Both the position numbers and the translations under genes were made by a program. Below the pieces are notes generated by a model that had not been told where the DNA came from, searched no databases, and saw only the letters and a list, made by a program, of their open reading frames with translations. A DNA stretch of 64,000 nt from an uncultured virus (IMG/VR IMGVR_UViG_2609459938_000002) (lineage: Duplodnaviria; Heunggongvirae; Uroviricota; Caudoviricetes), in IMG/VR virus record IMGVR_UViG_2609459938_000002, positions 1 to 64,000 of that record; one strand, written 5' to 3'. This document shows, piece by piece, positions 18,523-28,857 of the stretch. Numbering within the stretch: position 1 is the first letter of the stretch; the number at the start of each line of letters is the position of its first letter.

Positions 18523-19800
18523 ATGGCAGATACCGATTACAGCATTGACCTGCGGACGCGATCGCCATTCTGGGCGCGCATGGCCTCTATCCTGACCGGC
18601 GGCCGCCTGGTGACACCCGATAAGGGCTCGCAAATGGCGGGTACGTCAGCGCACGGTGTGGTTGGTGATTCTGTTGTGACTGATGAGCGTAATATGCAAA
18701 TCAGTACGGTATGGGCCTGCATCAGGTTAATTTCCACCGTAACAGCATCTTTACCACTCGATGTTTATCAGACCAAAAATGATCAGCGCACGAAAGTGGA
18801 CAACAGTCACCCCCTGGCGAAACTGCTGAGATTCCGTCCCAACAACTTCATGACCGCTCTTGAGTTTCGCGAAGCAATGACTATGCAGCTATGTGCCTAC
18901 GGCAACGCCTATGCACATGTTGAGCGAAACGGTGTTGGTGACGTGATTAGCATGGTTCCACTGATGAGCGCCAATATGGAAGTTCGGCTCAGCGATAACG
19001 GTAAAAATATTATCTACCGCTACCGACGGGACACTGAATACGCTGACTTTTCACAGAAAGAAATTTTTCATCTCAAAGGATTTGGCTTCAATGGTCTGAC
19101 TGGTCTTTCGCCGCTGGCGTTCAGTGCGAAGTCTGCTGGTGTGGCCATAGCGATGGAAGATAACCAGCGTGAATTTTTCGCCAACGGTGCGAAGTCTCCG
19201 CAGATCCTGATGACTGACGGCAAGGTGCTGACGAAAGAGCAGCGTGGGCAGCTGGAGGAAAACTTTAAGGAGATTGCTGGTGGTCCGGTCAAAAAGCGGC
19301 TTTGGATCCTTGAGAGCGGCTTCACCACGCAACCTATCGGCGTTTCGCCTCAGGATTCAGAAATTCTGGCTGCGCGTAAATTTCAGGTCGCCGAACTGGC
19401 GCGATTTTACGGCGTGCCTCCACATCTGGTCGGCGACGTGGACAAAACCACCTCCTGGGGATCGGGGATTGAACAGCAAAACCTGGGCTTTCTCCAGTAT
19501 ACCCTCAAACCCTACCTTGATCGGTGGGAGTACAGCATTGAGCGCTGGCTGGTCAAAGAGTCAGAACAGGGCATCATTCACGCCGAGCATAACCTCGACG
19601 GGCTGTTGCGCGGTGATTCAACAAGCCGGGCATCATTTATGCAAATCATGGTCAATACCGGGATTCGGACCGTTAACGAGGTTCGAAGGCTCGATAACCT
19701 GCCGCCGCTGCCCGGAGGTGATGTGGCGACACGGCAGTCGCAGAACGTGCCCATTACCGATCTCGGAACAAACAAAGAGCCCCGCAATGCCGGGGCTTAA
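18523..19800 (+). CDS. HK97-family portal protein
   Basis: STVWACIRLI, GNAYA, GLSP, ARFYGVPP, TVNEVR. Confidence 0.93.
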   Translation: MADTDYSIDLRTRSPFWARMASILTGGRLVTPDKGSQMAGTSAHGVVGDSVVTDERNMQISTVWACIRLISTVTASLPLDVYQTKNDQRTKVDNSHPLAKLLRFRPNNFMTALEFREAMTMQLCAYGNAYAHVERNGVGDVISMVPLMSANMEVRLSDNGKNIIYRYRRDTEYADFSQKEIFHLKGFGFNGLTGLSPLAFSAKSAGVAIAMEDNQREFFANGAKSPQILMTDGKVLTKEQRGQLEENFKEIAGGPVKKRLWILESGFTTQPIGVSPQDSEILAARKFQVAELARFYGVPPHLVGDVDKTTSWGSGIEQQNLGFLQYTLKPYLDRWEYSIERWLVKESEQGIIHAEHNLDGLLRGDSTSRASFMQIMVNTGIRTVNEVRRLDNLPPLPGGDVATRQSQNVPITDLGTNKEPRNAGA

Positions 19801-19814
19801 TTTTTATGGGGGCT

Positions 19815-20486
19815 ATGATGCCTGACATTCAGAAGACGCTGGCTTTCGACCAGACAGAAATCAAGTTCATCGGCGAAGGCAGTAAGGGAACATTTGAAGG
19901 GTATGCCTCGGTTTTTAATAACACCGACGCCGATGGCGACATTATTTTGCCAGGTGCTTTTGCTGGTGTGATTGCTAACCAGACCCGCAAGGTGGCCATG
20001 TTCTTTAACCACCAGACACGCGCTATCCCGGTCGGTAAATGGGATGCCATGCATGAAGATGACAAGGGGCTATTTGTCCGTGGTCAACTTACTCCAGGGC
20101 TTAGCCTGGCCGAAGACCTGAAAGCTGCCATGCAGCATGGCACGGTTGAAGGGATGTCAGTGGGGTTTTCCGTTGGGCCTGATGATTACACCGTTGGCAC
20201 GTCAGGGCTCATCTTCAAAAACATCTCTTACCTGCGGGAAATTAGCGTCTGTACTTTCCCGGCTAACGAGCTCGCTGGCGTAACGGCCATGAAGAGCATC
20301 GACAGCATCAAATCTATTCGCGATGCGGAGGCCTGGCTGAGGGATTCAGTCGGGCTTTCGCGTTCTGAAGCACAGGCATTTATCGCCCGTGTTAAGTCTG
20401 CAGGCCGAAGCGAGTTCGGTAGCGACGACATTGACGCGCTGGCACAGCGCATTAACTCATTTGCCGCTAACCTGCGGACACCTTAA
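19815..20486 (+). CDS. HK97 prohead protease
   Basis: FEGYASVF, FFNH, GMSVGF, EISVCTFPAN. Confidence 0.92.
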   Translation: MMPDIQKTLAFDQTEIKFIGEGSKGTFEGYASVFNNTDADGDIILPGAFAGVIANQTRKVAMFFNHQTRAIPVGKWDAMHEDDKGLFVRGQLTPGLSLAEDLKAAMQHGTVEGMSVGFSVGPDDYTVGTSGLIFKNISYLREISVCTFPANELAGVTAMKSIDSIKSIRDAEAWLRDSVGLSRSEAQAFIARVKSAGRSEFGSDDIDALAQRINSFAANLRTP

Positions 20487-20497
20487 CGGAGTAACAC

Positions 20498-21661
20498 ATG
20501 TCTGAATTATCTGTACTGGAAAAAGCTATCGAAAACTCCCAAAAAGAAGTAAAGGAGCTTATCGAAGAACAGCGTAAATCCATCAACCAGACCGGTGAAA
20601 TCAACAAGCAGCTGCAGATCGATCTGACGAAAGCACAGGAAGAACTGAAAGCCACCGGCACCCGCCTGTTCGATCTTGAGCAGAAACTGGCCGGAAACTC
20701 TCCTGATCAGACTGCGCAGAAGTCATTTGCTCAGCGCGTATCTGAAGACCTGATGAAGGGCTGGGACGGCTCGCGTACCAAAGCGAAAGTTACCAGTTTT
20801 GATAAAGCGATTGGTTCGGGCGCAGCGTCGGCAGGTGCCCTGGTCCTGCCGCAGCAGCTGCCGGGTATTCTTATGCCTGGTCTTCGCCGTCTGACCGTGC
20901 GTGACTTGCTGGCACAGGGGCGTATCACCAGTAACGCGCTGGAATACGTGCGCGAAAACGTGTTTACCAACGCTGCAGCACCAGTGGCAGAAGGTACCCT
21001 CAAGCCGGAAAGTAATATTACCTTCACCAAAGAAACGGCGAACGTGAAAACTATCGCCCACTGGATCCAGGCATCGCGCCAGATCATGGATGATGCCCCG
21101 GCGCTCGAGTCTTACATCAATTCCCGCATGATGTACGGACTGGCGCTGGTAGAAGAGAACCAGATGCTGAACGGGGACGGTACCGGCGATAACCTGCAGG
21201 GGCTCAACGTAGTGGCGAACGACTATGAAACCACACTCAACGCAACCGGAGATACTGGCGCTGATGTTCTGGCACACGCCATCTATCAGGTATCGCTGAG
21301 TGAGTTCGAAGCCGACGGCATCATTCTGAACCCGGCGGACTGGCACCGTATTGCTCTGCTGAAGGACGCTAACGGCAATTACATCCTCGGTGGCCCGCAG
21401 GCGTTTGCCTCGAAAGTGCTTTGGGGGCTTCCGGTGGTGTCGACCACGGCGCAGACGGCAGGCAAATTCACCGTTGGCGCGTTTGGCCTGGCGTCGCAGG
21501 TTTGGGATCGCATGGATGCCACCATCGAGATCAGCAACCAGGACCGCGATAACTTCGTTAAAAACATGCTGACCATCCTTTGCGAAGAGCGCCTGGCGCT
21601 GGCCCACTATCGCCCGGCAGCGATTGTTACGGGTGATATTGCTGTCAGCACTGGAGCATAA
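20498..21661 (+). CDS. HK97-like major capsid protein
   Basis: Coiled-coil delta domain; LKPES; FVKNMLTILCEERLAL. Confidence 0.95.
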   Translation: MSELSVLEKAIENSQKEVKELIEEQRKSINQTGEINKQLQIDLTKAQEELKATGTRLFDLEQKLAGNSPDQTAQKSFAQRVSEDLMKGWDGSRTKAKVTSFDKAIGSGAASAGALVLPQQLPGILMPGLRRLTVRDLLAQGRITSNALEYVRENVFTNAAAPVAEGTLKPESNITFTKETANVKTIAHWIQASRQIMDDAPALESYINSRMMYGLALVEENQMLNGDGTGDNLQGLNVVANDYETTLNATGDTGADVLAHAIYQVSLSEFEADGIILNPADWHRIALLKDANGNYILGGPQAFASKVLWGLPVVSTTAQTAGKFTVGAFGLASQVWDRMDATIEISNQDRDNFVKNMLTILCEERLALAHYRPAAIVTGDIAVSTGA

Positions 21662-21697
21662 CAAAAGGGCGCGGCCAGCAATGGCCGCGTAAACGCG

Positions 21698-21940
21698 ATG
21701 AAAATTAAAGCTCTCCGTATGTTCTCGCATTATCACCTGGGTACGGTATCTCAGGGGGAAATCCGCGAGGTGCATAAAGAAATCGGCGAAGTACTGGTGA
21801 AACTGCATCTGGCCGAGGCGATTGAGCCGGAAAAGGCAACGGACTCTGGTTCTGCAGAGCCTGCAAAAGCCAAACCAGGGGGTAAAGGTGGAAATAAGCG
21901 AGGAACAGCTGGCGCAGATAAAGGCGCATCTGAAGGTTGA
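21698..21940 (+). CDS. Hypothetical head-region protein
   Basis: ORF after capsid. Confidence 0.55.
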   Translation: MKIKALRMFSHYHLGTVSQGEIREVHKEIGEVLVKLHLAEAIEPEKATDSGSAEPAKAKPGGKGGNKRGTAGADKGASEG

Positions 21941-22214
21941 TGGTGACGACGAAGATACGCTTATTGCTGCCTATGCTTCGGCCTCCGTCGATTATGTTGA
22001 GCGGTTCTGCGACGGTGCGCTGGTCGAAACATTAACGCCGCCAGTGGAAGGGGAAACTCAGCCCCGTGAGGTTATTTTTACTTCCGGCATCTGGGCGGCA
22101 ATGCTTTTGCTGATTGGACACTGGTATGCGAACCGCGAAGCGGCAGCGCAGAACCTATCGGAAGTTCCGCTGGGCGTTGAGGCGCTGCTGATTAGGCACC
22201 GGAGGTGGAACTAA
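21888..22214 (+). CDS. Head-tail connector (gp6-like)
   Basis: IKAHLKVD, AMLLLIGHWYANRE. Confidence 0.88.
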   Translation: MEISEEQLAQIKAHLKVDGDDEDTLIAAYASASVDYVERFCDGALVETLTPPVEGETQPREVIFTSGIWAAMLLLIGHWYANREAAAQNLSEVPLGVEALLIRHRRWN

Positions 22215-22274
22215 TGGGCTGCTCAGGATGTGCTAAACGGCGTGAGTGGTTAAAAAAGTGGACGAAAATAGCCT

Positions 22275-22472
22275 ATGAACGAGCAACTGGTAAACGCGCT
22301 GATAGCAGCGCTGAGAGAACAAACAGCAGCACAGCGAGAGCAGACGGAAGCGATAAACCGCCTGGCTGAGTCTAACGTCGCCCTGTCCGATGTAATTATC
22401 CAGTCGCTTGCCGGCGATCTCGATGAGGCGCCAGAGCAGCAAACCTATCTGAGCGGGAAACCCAGGGGGTGA
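22275..22472 (+). CDS. Hypothetical coiled-coil protein
   Basis: ORF between connector and head closure genes. Confidence 0.55.
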   Translation: MNEQLVNALIAALREQTAAQREQTEAINRLAESNVALSDVIIQSLAGDLDEAPEQQTYLSGKPRG

Positions 22473-22473
22473 T

Positions 22474-22806
22474 ATGCAGGCCGGAAAATTGCGTCACAGG
22501 ATCACCCTGCAGGAACCGGTCAAAGAACAGAACCCGACAACGGGAGCCGTAATTAATACCTGGCGCGATGTCGCAACCCTTTGGGCCGAAGTCGCTCCTT
22601 TATCCGCACGTGAGTTTATCGCCGCCCAGGCCTCTCAGGGCGAAGTTACCACCCGGATAACGATTCGTTACCGTGAGGGTGTTACCCGCAAACATCGGAT
22701 CCTGTTTCGTGGCCGCATCTACAACATTGAGGGCGTTTTACCTGATCCACGGAGCGGCAGGGAATACCTGACACTGCCTTGTTCAGAGGGGGCTAACGAT
22801 GGCTGA
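22474..22806 (+). CDS. Head closure (head-tail adaptor) protein
   Basis: AGKLRHRITLQ, ITIRYR. Confidence 0.88.
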   Translation: MQAGKLRHRITLQEPVKEQNPTTGAVINTWRDVATLWAEVAPLSAREFIAAQASQGEVTTRITIRYREGVTRKHRILFRGRIYNIEGVLPDPRSGREYLTLPCSEGANDG

Positions 22807-23338
22807 TGGCGTGGAAGTAAACCTGACCGGCCTCGATTCCGTCCTGGGGAAACTGGATGCCGTCTCACAGGTCACTCGCGATAAATCCGGTCGTGCAGCG
22901 CTGCGTAAAGCGGCAAACGTGATCAGGGACAGAGCGCGCAATAATGCCGCGCGGGTTGATGACCCTCTCACCAAAGAGGCTATCTACAAAAACATTGTGG
23001 TCAGTTTCAGCAGCAAGGCATTTCGCAGAACCGGCGATCCAACGTTTCGTGTCGGGGTGATGGGCGGCGCCAGGCAATACGCCAATACAAAGGCCAACGT
23101 CCGAAAAGGCAGGGTGGGTAAAAGCTTTAACACTGCCGGAGATAAAGGTAATCCCGGCGGGGATACCTGGTACTGGCGATTCCTGGAATTCGGCACAGAG
23201 CACGCAGCAGCAAAGCCTGTTTTGCGACCGGCGATCAATGGTGTTGATACCGACGTAATTAATATTTTCGCAGCGGAGCTCGAAAAGTCCATCGATCGCG
23301 CTGTACGACGGGTGGCTAAAAAAGGAACTCCGGTATGA
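22799..23338 (+). CDS. HK97 gp10-like tail component
   Basis: YWRFLEFGT..PVLRPA. Confidence 0.88.
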   Translation: MADGVEVNLTGLDSVLGKLDAVSQVTRDKSGRAALRKAANVIRDRARNNAARVDDPLTKEAIYKNIVVSFSSKAFRRTGDPTFRVGVMGGARQYANTKANVRKGRVGKSFNTAGDKGNPGGDTWYWRFLEFGTEHAAAKPVLRPAINGVDTDVINIFAAELEKSIDRAVRRVAKKGTPV

Positions 23339-23700
23339 TTGCTCCAATATTTGCAGTTTGCGCAGCCAGCCAGGCAGTCAGGGATTTGTTAGGTTCTAAT
23401 CCCGTGCGGCTTTATCCGTTCGGTATGCAGGACGATAATATCGTTTACCCCTATGCAGTCTGGCAAAACATAGGCGGCTCACCTGAAAATTATCTGAACC
23501 AGCGGCCAGATGCAGATCACTATTCTCTGCAGGTTGATGTCTATGGTGATACTGACACCGACGTGATCGCCGTTGCCCGTGCTTTACGCGACGCAATTGA
23601 GGGCAAGGCCTATATCACCCGATGGGGTGAACAAAGCCGCGATCCTGAAACAATGCGATACCGCTATTCCTTCGATGTTGACTGGATAACGACCAGATAA
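23335..23700 (+). CDS. Tail terminator (DUF3168-like)
   Basis: YPYAVW, LQVDVY; position. Confidence 0.8.
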   Translation: MIAPIFAVCAASQAVRDLLGSNPVRLYPFGMQDDNIVYPYAVWQNIGGSPENYLNQRPDADHYSLQVDVYGDTDTDVIAVARALRDAIEGKAYITRWGEQSRDPETMRYRYSFDVDWITTR

Positions 23701-23756
23701 CCAACAACCCCAAACTGACCCGCCTTGTGCGGGTTTTTCTTTTATGGAGACAAAAC

Positions 23757-24248
23757 ATGTCTGTATTAACGCAAGGCACGCAGTTTTTTGTGCTCAAGTC
23801 TGGCGTGGTCAGCGAGGTTGAATGCATCACCAGTTTCAACCCCGGCGGGAACCCTGCCGATCAGATTGAAGATACCTGTCTGAGTGAGCGGGACTCCAGA
23901 ACCTACAAAAAGGGGCTTAAAACGCCTGCGGCCGCAACCGTCGGGCTTAACGCTGATCCGGCGAACGCCAGCCACATTATGTTGCATGGCCTCGCTGAAG
24001 CGAATGACCAGACGCCGTTAACTTTTGCGGTTGGCTGGTCAGATGGAACCAGTATCCCGACAGCCGCCGCTTCTGGCGCTGAGGATGCTGTTGATGGTCT
24101 GGTGCTGCCATCGGATCGCACCTGGTTCATTTTCCAGGGTTACGTTTCTGACTTCCCGTTTGATTTTCAGGGTAACGCTGTTGTGACGACCTCCGCCACG
24201 ATCCAGCGGTCTGGCTCTTCCGTATGGGTGCCGAAGGCCGCAGCGTAA
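23757..24248 (+). CDS. Major tail tube protein
   Basis: QIEDTCL, FQGYV; strong RBS; flanked by terminators. Confidence 0.85.
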   Translation: MSVLTQGTQFFVLKSGVVSEVECITSFNPGGNPADQIEDTCLSERDSRTYKKGLKTPAAATVGLNADPANASHIMLHGLAEANDQTPLTFAVGWSDGTSIPTAAASGAEDAVDGLVLPSDRTWFIFQGYVSDFPFDFQGNAVVTTSATIQRSGSSVWVPKAAA

Positions 24249-24291
24249 TTAATATGCCCGGTTATCCGGGCTTTTCTATTCAGGAGCTGAA

Positions 24292-24645
24292 ATGCAACTT
24301 ACTCTCGATACGTTAAAAGAAACCGGTGCTTTTACCGGGCGTCCCGTGGAAAAAGAAATTAAGTGGAAAGGCCGTGACGGGAAAGAGCATATCGCAACCG
24401 TCTATGTGCGCCCGATGGGCTACCACACCACTAAAGCTGAACTGCTGGCGTATAACGGGAAATCGGACCCGATTGCTGAGCGCATTGCGGCGCATATTTG
24501 CGATCAGGACGGCGCCCCAGTGTTTACCGCGGCTGACATTCTTGGGACTGCATCCCCGGATCGTGGGGCGCTGGACGGTCCGATTGTTATGGCCCTCCTG
24601 GCTGCAATTCATGATGTAAACGAACTGGGAAAGACTACGAGCTAA
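24292..24645 (+). CDS. Tail assembly chaperone G
   Basis: Position between tube and tape measure; ends at slippery G GGA AAG. Confidence 0.85.
   Translation: MQLTLDTLKETGAFTGRPVEKEIKWKGRDGKEHIATVYVRPMGYHTTKAELLAYNGKSDPIAERIAAHICDQDGAPVFTAADILGTASPDRGALDGPIVMALLAAIHDVNELGKTTS
24627..24633 (+). other. Programmed -1 frameshift site GGGAAAG
   Basis: Same heptamer as lambda G-T; the -1 frame is open to 24941. Confidence 0.85.
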
Positions 24646-24941
24646 CCGGCGAGGATGAATTCTGGTGCGAACTGGTGATGAACGGCATCGGCGGCCGCAC
24701 CATCGCAGAGGCTCAGGAGCGGATGAGTCGCAGGGAATTTCTGGTTTGGCTCAAGTACCGTGAGAAGTACGGACCGCTCAATATCATGATGCGTACCGAG
24801 TGGGGGGCGTCGCTGGTGGCGTCTGTCCTGGCTAACATCAATAAGGCAAAAAACACGCCGCCGTTCAAGGTAAGTGACTTTGCACCGCACATCAACGAAG
24901 CGCCATTATCTCTGGAAGAAGCTATGAAAAGTTGGCATTGA
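24633..24941 (+). CDS. Tail chaperone T portion (GT fusion)
   Basis: -1 frame DYELTGEDEFWCELVMNGIGG... Confidence 0.8.
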   Translation, partial: DYELTGEDEFWCELVMNGIGGRTIAEAQERMSRREFLVWLKYREKYGPLNIMMRTEWGASLVASVLANINKAKNTPPFKVSDFAPHINEAPLSLEEAMKSWH

Positions 24942-25004
24942 TGACTTTTAAATCGCTGCAGTGATCACTATCATCAGTACAACAATAACCACTGGGATAG
25001 GGAT

Positions 25005-25397
25005 ATGAAGAAAATAGCGATTATGTTATTTGCATTATTGTTAACTGCGTGCGCAGCAAATCCACCTAGCCAAGTTCAGTTGCATTCGGCTGATTATGGG
25101 GTGCTACCGGATAACTATCAGCAGCAGATAAAGGATTGGTGGGGAAGGATGTTAAAAGACCCATATTCTGCTCATTATACTTTTGGTACACCAGAGAAAG
25201 CATGGTTTAAGGATGGCATTTTAGCTGAATCAGGAGGGGCTATGCGATATGGATGGCTTATTCCAATAACCATTAATGCTAAAAACTCTTATGGTGGATA
25301 TACAGGTGCTGAAGCACATACTATTTTTTACTCTCATGGGAAAATAGATTCCGCTGATGCTCAGGTGAATGCGGGCTATACGGGAAAAGTTAAATAA
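25005..25397 (+). CDS. Lipoprotein moron
   Basis: Lipobox LLTAC; LKDPYSA and NAKNSYGGYTG motifs; low GC; terminator at 25422-25447. Confidence 0.8.
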   Translation: MKKIAIMLFALLLTACAANPPSQVQLHSADYGVLPDNYQQQIKDWWGRMLKDPYSAHYTFGTPEKAWFKDGILAESGGAMRYGWLIPITINAKNSYGGYTGAEAHTIFYSHGKIDSADAQVNAGYTGKVK

Positions 25398-25466
25398 TTT
25401 TAACCAATATATAAACAAACCAAAACCTCGCTTCGGCGGGGTTTTTTGTTGCCTGGAGAAAATTAA

Positions 25467-27902
25467 ATGGCTGGCAAGTCCCTCGGTACGTTAACAATCG
25501 ACCTGATCGCTAAAGTAGGTGGATTTGTTCAGGGCATGGATAAAGCCGAAAGGGCATCCCAAAAATGGCGTGACCAGGTAAAAAAAGACGCCAAGGAAAT
25601 AAGCACCTCCATTATTGCTATTGGAGCAGCTGCGGCAACTGCCGCTGTCGGGATTGGCGCTGCTGGGCTGGCGATTGTAAAAAATACAGCTCAGCAAGTG
25701 ACCGAGGCAGATCGCTGGGCTAAGTCATTAAAAATGTCCACCCAGGATTTGCTATCCTGGCAATACGCAGCTGAACAGGCAGGTTTAACCGGCGATAACA
25801 TAGCCGATATTTTCAAAGACATTAATGATAAAGTCGGCGATGCGGTCCTGAACAAATCAGGTGAGGCTGCGCAGGCTTTGGACACACTCGGGCTTTCAGC
25901 TCAGAAGCTGGCTCAGCAATCCCCTGATAAACAGTTGCTGGCTATTAGTTCGGCATTACAGAAAATACCCACTCAGGCTGGGAAAACCAATATACTTGAA
26001 AGCTTAGGGAATGACCTGTCAAAAATGCTGCCGTTGTTTGACAACAACAACGAAAAGCTAAAGCAGTTTATCCAGCTATCAAAAGATTTTGGTGTCGCAC
26101 CACCGCAAGAAGATATTGACAACCTTGTTAAGGTTAATCAGTTCTTTCAGGATATAGAGACTAGCGCCCGCGGTCTTAAAATGGAAATTGCTTCAGGGCT
26201 GGCTAAGGTTGACCTTACGCCATTGCAGGATGGGCTTGATGACATTCGTGACGTCTTCACCGATCCTGCTGTTCTTCAGGGGCTATCAGACCTGGTTGGA
26301 GAAGCCATAAGCCTTGCCGGGGTTGTGGGGCGTATTGCTGGTGGCTTGGGGGCCATTGCTACTTATACCCGCTCTCGTATCGGTGCTGTATCTGGTAATT
26401 ATAACGCTGCTGATGAAAGTGATATTGCACAGCGCATTGAATTCCTTAACAAACGAGGGAATCAAAGTAAGGAACAAAAAGACGAATTAGACTTTTTAAC
26501 TAAACGCCTTCAATTTCTTCGCGCGATAAAGTCAAGCATGACTCCGGAGCAGGTAGATAGAGGAGCGAAAGGGCTCACCTCTCTACTTTCTGATCTTGGC
26601 ATTGACACTTCTAAAGATAATGATTTTTCGTTGGGCAAAGGGGAGTCTAACCAGAACCACCCAAACACAAAACCAAAAAGCAATCCGACTGACAATGCTT
26701 TCAAAAATAGACTGCTTGATTTACAAAAGCAGGCCGCCCTAATTGAAACAACAGGTAAAAAAACCGCAGAAGTAACCGAGCTGGAGAAGATTAATTTTGA
26801 TATAACCAGCGGTAACCTGAAAAAATTATCAGAAGGGCAGAAGGAACAACTTCGAACTGCGGCTAAAACCCTTGATTCCAAGAAGGAAGAGTTACGGCTT
26901 AATCAGGAAAATGCGAAAGTAGCTGAATATGTTTCAGATCTCGAAAGACAGAATAAGTTAGTCCGCAAAGGGTTTGATAACCAAATAGTTGGCCGTTATT
27001 CTGGTAGTCGTGAACGTTCACGCATGCAGGATAATAATGATATTCAGCAAGATTTTGCTTCTCGACAGGAAGAGCTTTTAAATCAATTCCAGTCTGGAGA
27101 TATTGATAAAAGTCTATACGATAAAAAGAAAGAAGCGCTTCAAAACTCGCTGAATGAAAGGCTAAGAATTCAAGAGGAACATTATAAGAAGTTAGATGAG
27201 TTACAAAGCGATGGTGTTGCAGGTTTCGTTTCTGGAATATCAGATCAAGCTGCTGCATATTCAAACCTATATGCAAATATGCAGCAAGTAGGTGCACAAA
27301 CGTTTAGTAGTTTAACTGATATGGTAATTAACTGGGCGGAAACCGGTAAATTAAACGCTCAGGACTTTGCGGCGACATTCATTCAATCTGTTGGGGCTGC
27401 ATTACTGCAATATGCGGCTGCTCAGGTAGCAATGGCAGCGTTGAGTGCCTTCACTGCCTGGATTGGTGTTCCCTATGTAGGGCCTGTGGTGGCGTCAACC
27501 CAAGCAATAGCTGCGGCAGCTGCTGCTGGTGTGTTCATGACTGCTATCGGATCGGCGCTTCATGGCCAGGCTCACGACGGTATCGACTCTGTGCCCGAAA
27601 CGGGAACCTGGCTCCTGCAGAAAGGTGAGCGCGTTACGACAGCTAAAACCAGCGCAAAACTGGATGCCACTCTGGATCGAGTTGCAAACCAGTCAACAGG
27701 CGGCGGCGCGATTTATTCGCCCACAATCAATATCCCCATTAATGGCAACCCGTCCGATGCGACAGTAGCCCTCGTGCGCAAAGCCGCTGCTGAAGGTGCT
27801 GAGCGCGGCTACCGAAAAGCTGTCAACTCGGTGACTACCGGGCAAGGTGATCTGCATAGGGCACTTATGGTGAAAACCAACTCGGGGAGGAAAATTCGCT
27901 GA
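25467..27902 (+). CDS. Tape measure protein
   Basis: Long Ala-rich helical ORF; LGTLTIDL N-terminus; AHDG...LQKGERV C-terminus. Confidence 0.92.
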   Translation: MAGKSLGTLTIDLIAKVGGFVQGMDKAERASQKWRDQVKKDAKEISTSIIAIGAAAATAAVGIGAAGLAIVKNTAQQVTEADRWAKSLKMSTQDLLSWQYAAEQAGLTGDNIADIFKDINDKVGDAVLNKSGEAAQALDTLGLSAQKLAQQSPDKQLLAISSALQKIPTQAGKTNILESLGNDLSKMLPLFDNNNEKLKQFIQLSKDFGVAPPQEDIDNLVKVNQFFQDIETSARGLKMEIASGLAKVDLTPLQDGLDDIRDVFTDPAVLQGLSDLVGEAISLAGVVGRIAGGLGAIATYTRSRIGAVSGNYNAADESDIAQRIEFLNKRGNQSKEQKDELDFLTKRLQFLRAIKSSMTPEQVDRGAKGLTSLLSDLGIDTSKDNDFSLGKGESNQNHPNTKPKSNPTDNAFKNRLLDLQKQAALIETTGKKTAEVTELEKINFDITSGNLKKLSEGQKEQLRTAAKTLDSKKEELRLNQENAKVAEYVSDLERQNKLVRKGFDNQIVGRYSGSRERSRMQDNNDIQQDFASRQEELLNQFQSGDIDKSLYDKKKEALQNSLNERLRIQEEHYKKLDELQSDGVAGFVSGISDQAAAYSNLYANMQQVGAQTFSSLTDMVINWAETGKLNAQDFAATFIQSVGAALLQYAAAQVAMAALSAFTAWIGVPYVGPVVASTQAIAAAAAAGVFMTAIGSALHGQAHDGIDSVPETGTWLLQKGERVTTAKTSAKLDATLDRVANQSTGGGAIYSPTINIPINGNPSDATVALVRKAAAEGAERGYRKAVNSVTTGQGDLHRALMVKTNSGRKIR

Positions 27903-28381
27903 TGGCAATCACCACGACACTTTACTACCCCGCTGATGTTCTCCCTGGGCCGTTGAAAGACGGCTTTGGAATGAAGCCGAAATCCCCGGTAAAAATCACC
28001 GAGCTCGTAACGGGGCGTAAAAGAATACGGCGTGGCTATACCTCTGTTCCTACGGAAACAGATGTAGCCTGGATTTTTACTGACGCGCAGGCCCAGGCTT
28101 TTGAGGCATGGTACCGGGATGTTCTTAAAGACGGCAGCGCCTGGTTTAACATGCCGCTACTGACGCCAGTGGGGCAAAAAAATTACGTTTGCAGGTTTAA
28201 CGATATTTATGAGGGGCCTACGCCTGAAGGAGGCTTGTACTGGCGGTATTCAGCATCCCTTGAGTTATGGGAACGGCCGCTGCCGGCGGTTGGCTGGGGA
28301 GAATATCCGGAGTGGATTGTGGGGAGTTCGTTACTCGATATAGCTCTGAACAGGGAGTGGCCTAAGCATGACAGCGATTAA
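27902..28381 (+). CDS. Minor tail (distal tail) protein
   Basis: Position; AFEAWY..GSAWFNMPL. Confidence 0.75.
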   Translation: MAITTTLYYPADVLPGPLKDGFGMKPKSPVKITELVTGRKRIRRGYTSVPTETDVAWIFTDAQAQAFEAWYRDVLKDGSAWFNMPLLTPVGQKNYVCRFNDIYEGPTPEGGLYWRYSASLELWERPLPAVGWGEYPEWIVGSSLLDIALNREWPKHDSD

Positions 28382-28850
28382 CCGCCTTTATGCGTCCTCC
28401 GGGTCGGAGGTCATCATTGGTACGTTGCAGATCGATATTGGCGGCCAGACGCATTATCTGTGTGAGGGGTACGAGGACATTACGGCGGTTACCGAGAGGG
28501 GCGAAACCGTAACGTTTATTGCCTGTGCCATTGTCCTATCCCTTCCTGCCAGAAACGAAGACGGGACGCAGGACCTGAAGTTTATGCTGTGCAACATCGA
28601 CGGCGTTGTATCCACGGCTATTCGCAAGGTCATTGATGCCATGTCCACTGCCAGCATCACATTCAGGAAATACATTTCCACTGACCTTACCGCGCCAGCG
28701 GAGCCGCCTTACGTCATGCCGGTTAAAGGAGGCTCCTGGACGCCGCTGACTGTAAACGTCACTGCTGGTTTTAAAAATATGCTCGATTATGCCTGGCCAC
28801 GTGACAGGTACACGTTGACGTACTTCCAGGGTCTTCGTTACACACGATAG
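28368..28850 (+). CDS. DUF1833-like minor tail protein
   Basis: RLYASSG, WPRDRY..FQGL. Confidence 0.75.
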   Translation: MTAINRLYASSGSEVIIGTLQIDIGGQTHYLCEGYEDITAVTERGETVTFIACAIVLSLPARNEDGTQDLKFMLCNIDGVVSTAIRKVIDAMSTASITFRKYISTDLTAPAEPPYVMPVKGGSWTPLTVNVTAGFKNMLDYAWPRDRYTLTYFQGLRYTR

Positions 28851-28857
28851 GTATCCC

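Noticed and set aside
20723..21808. 361-aa minus-strand ORF
   Set aside because: Antisense shadow of the major capsid gene with no recognisable motifs
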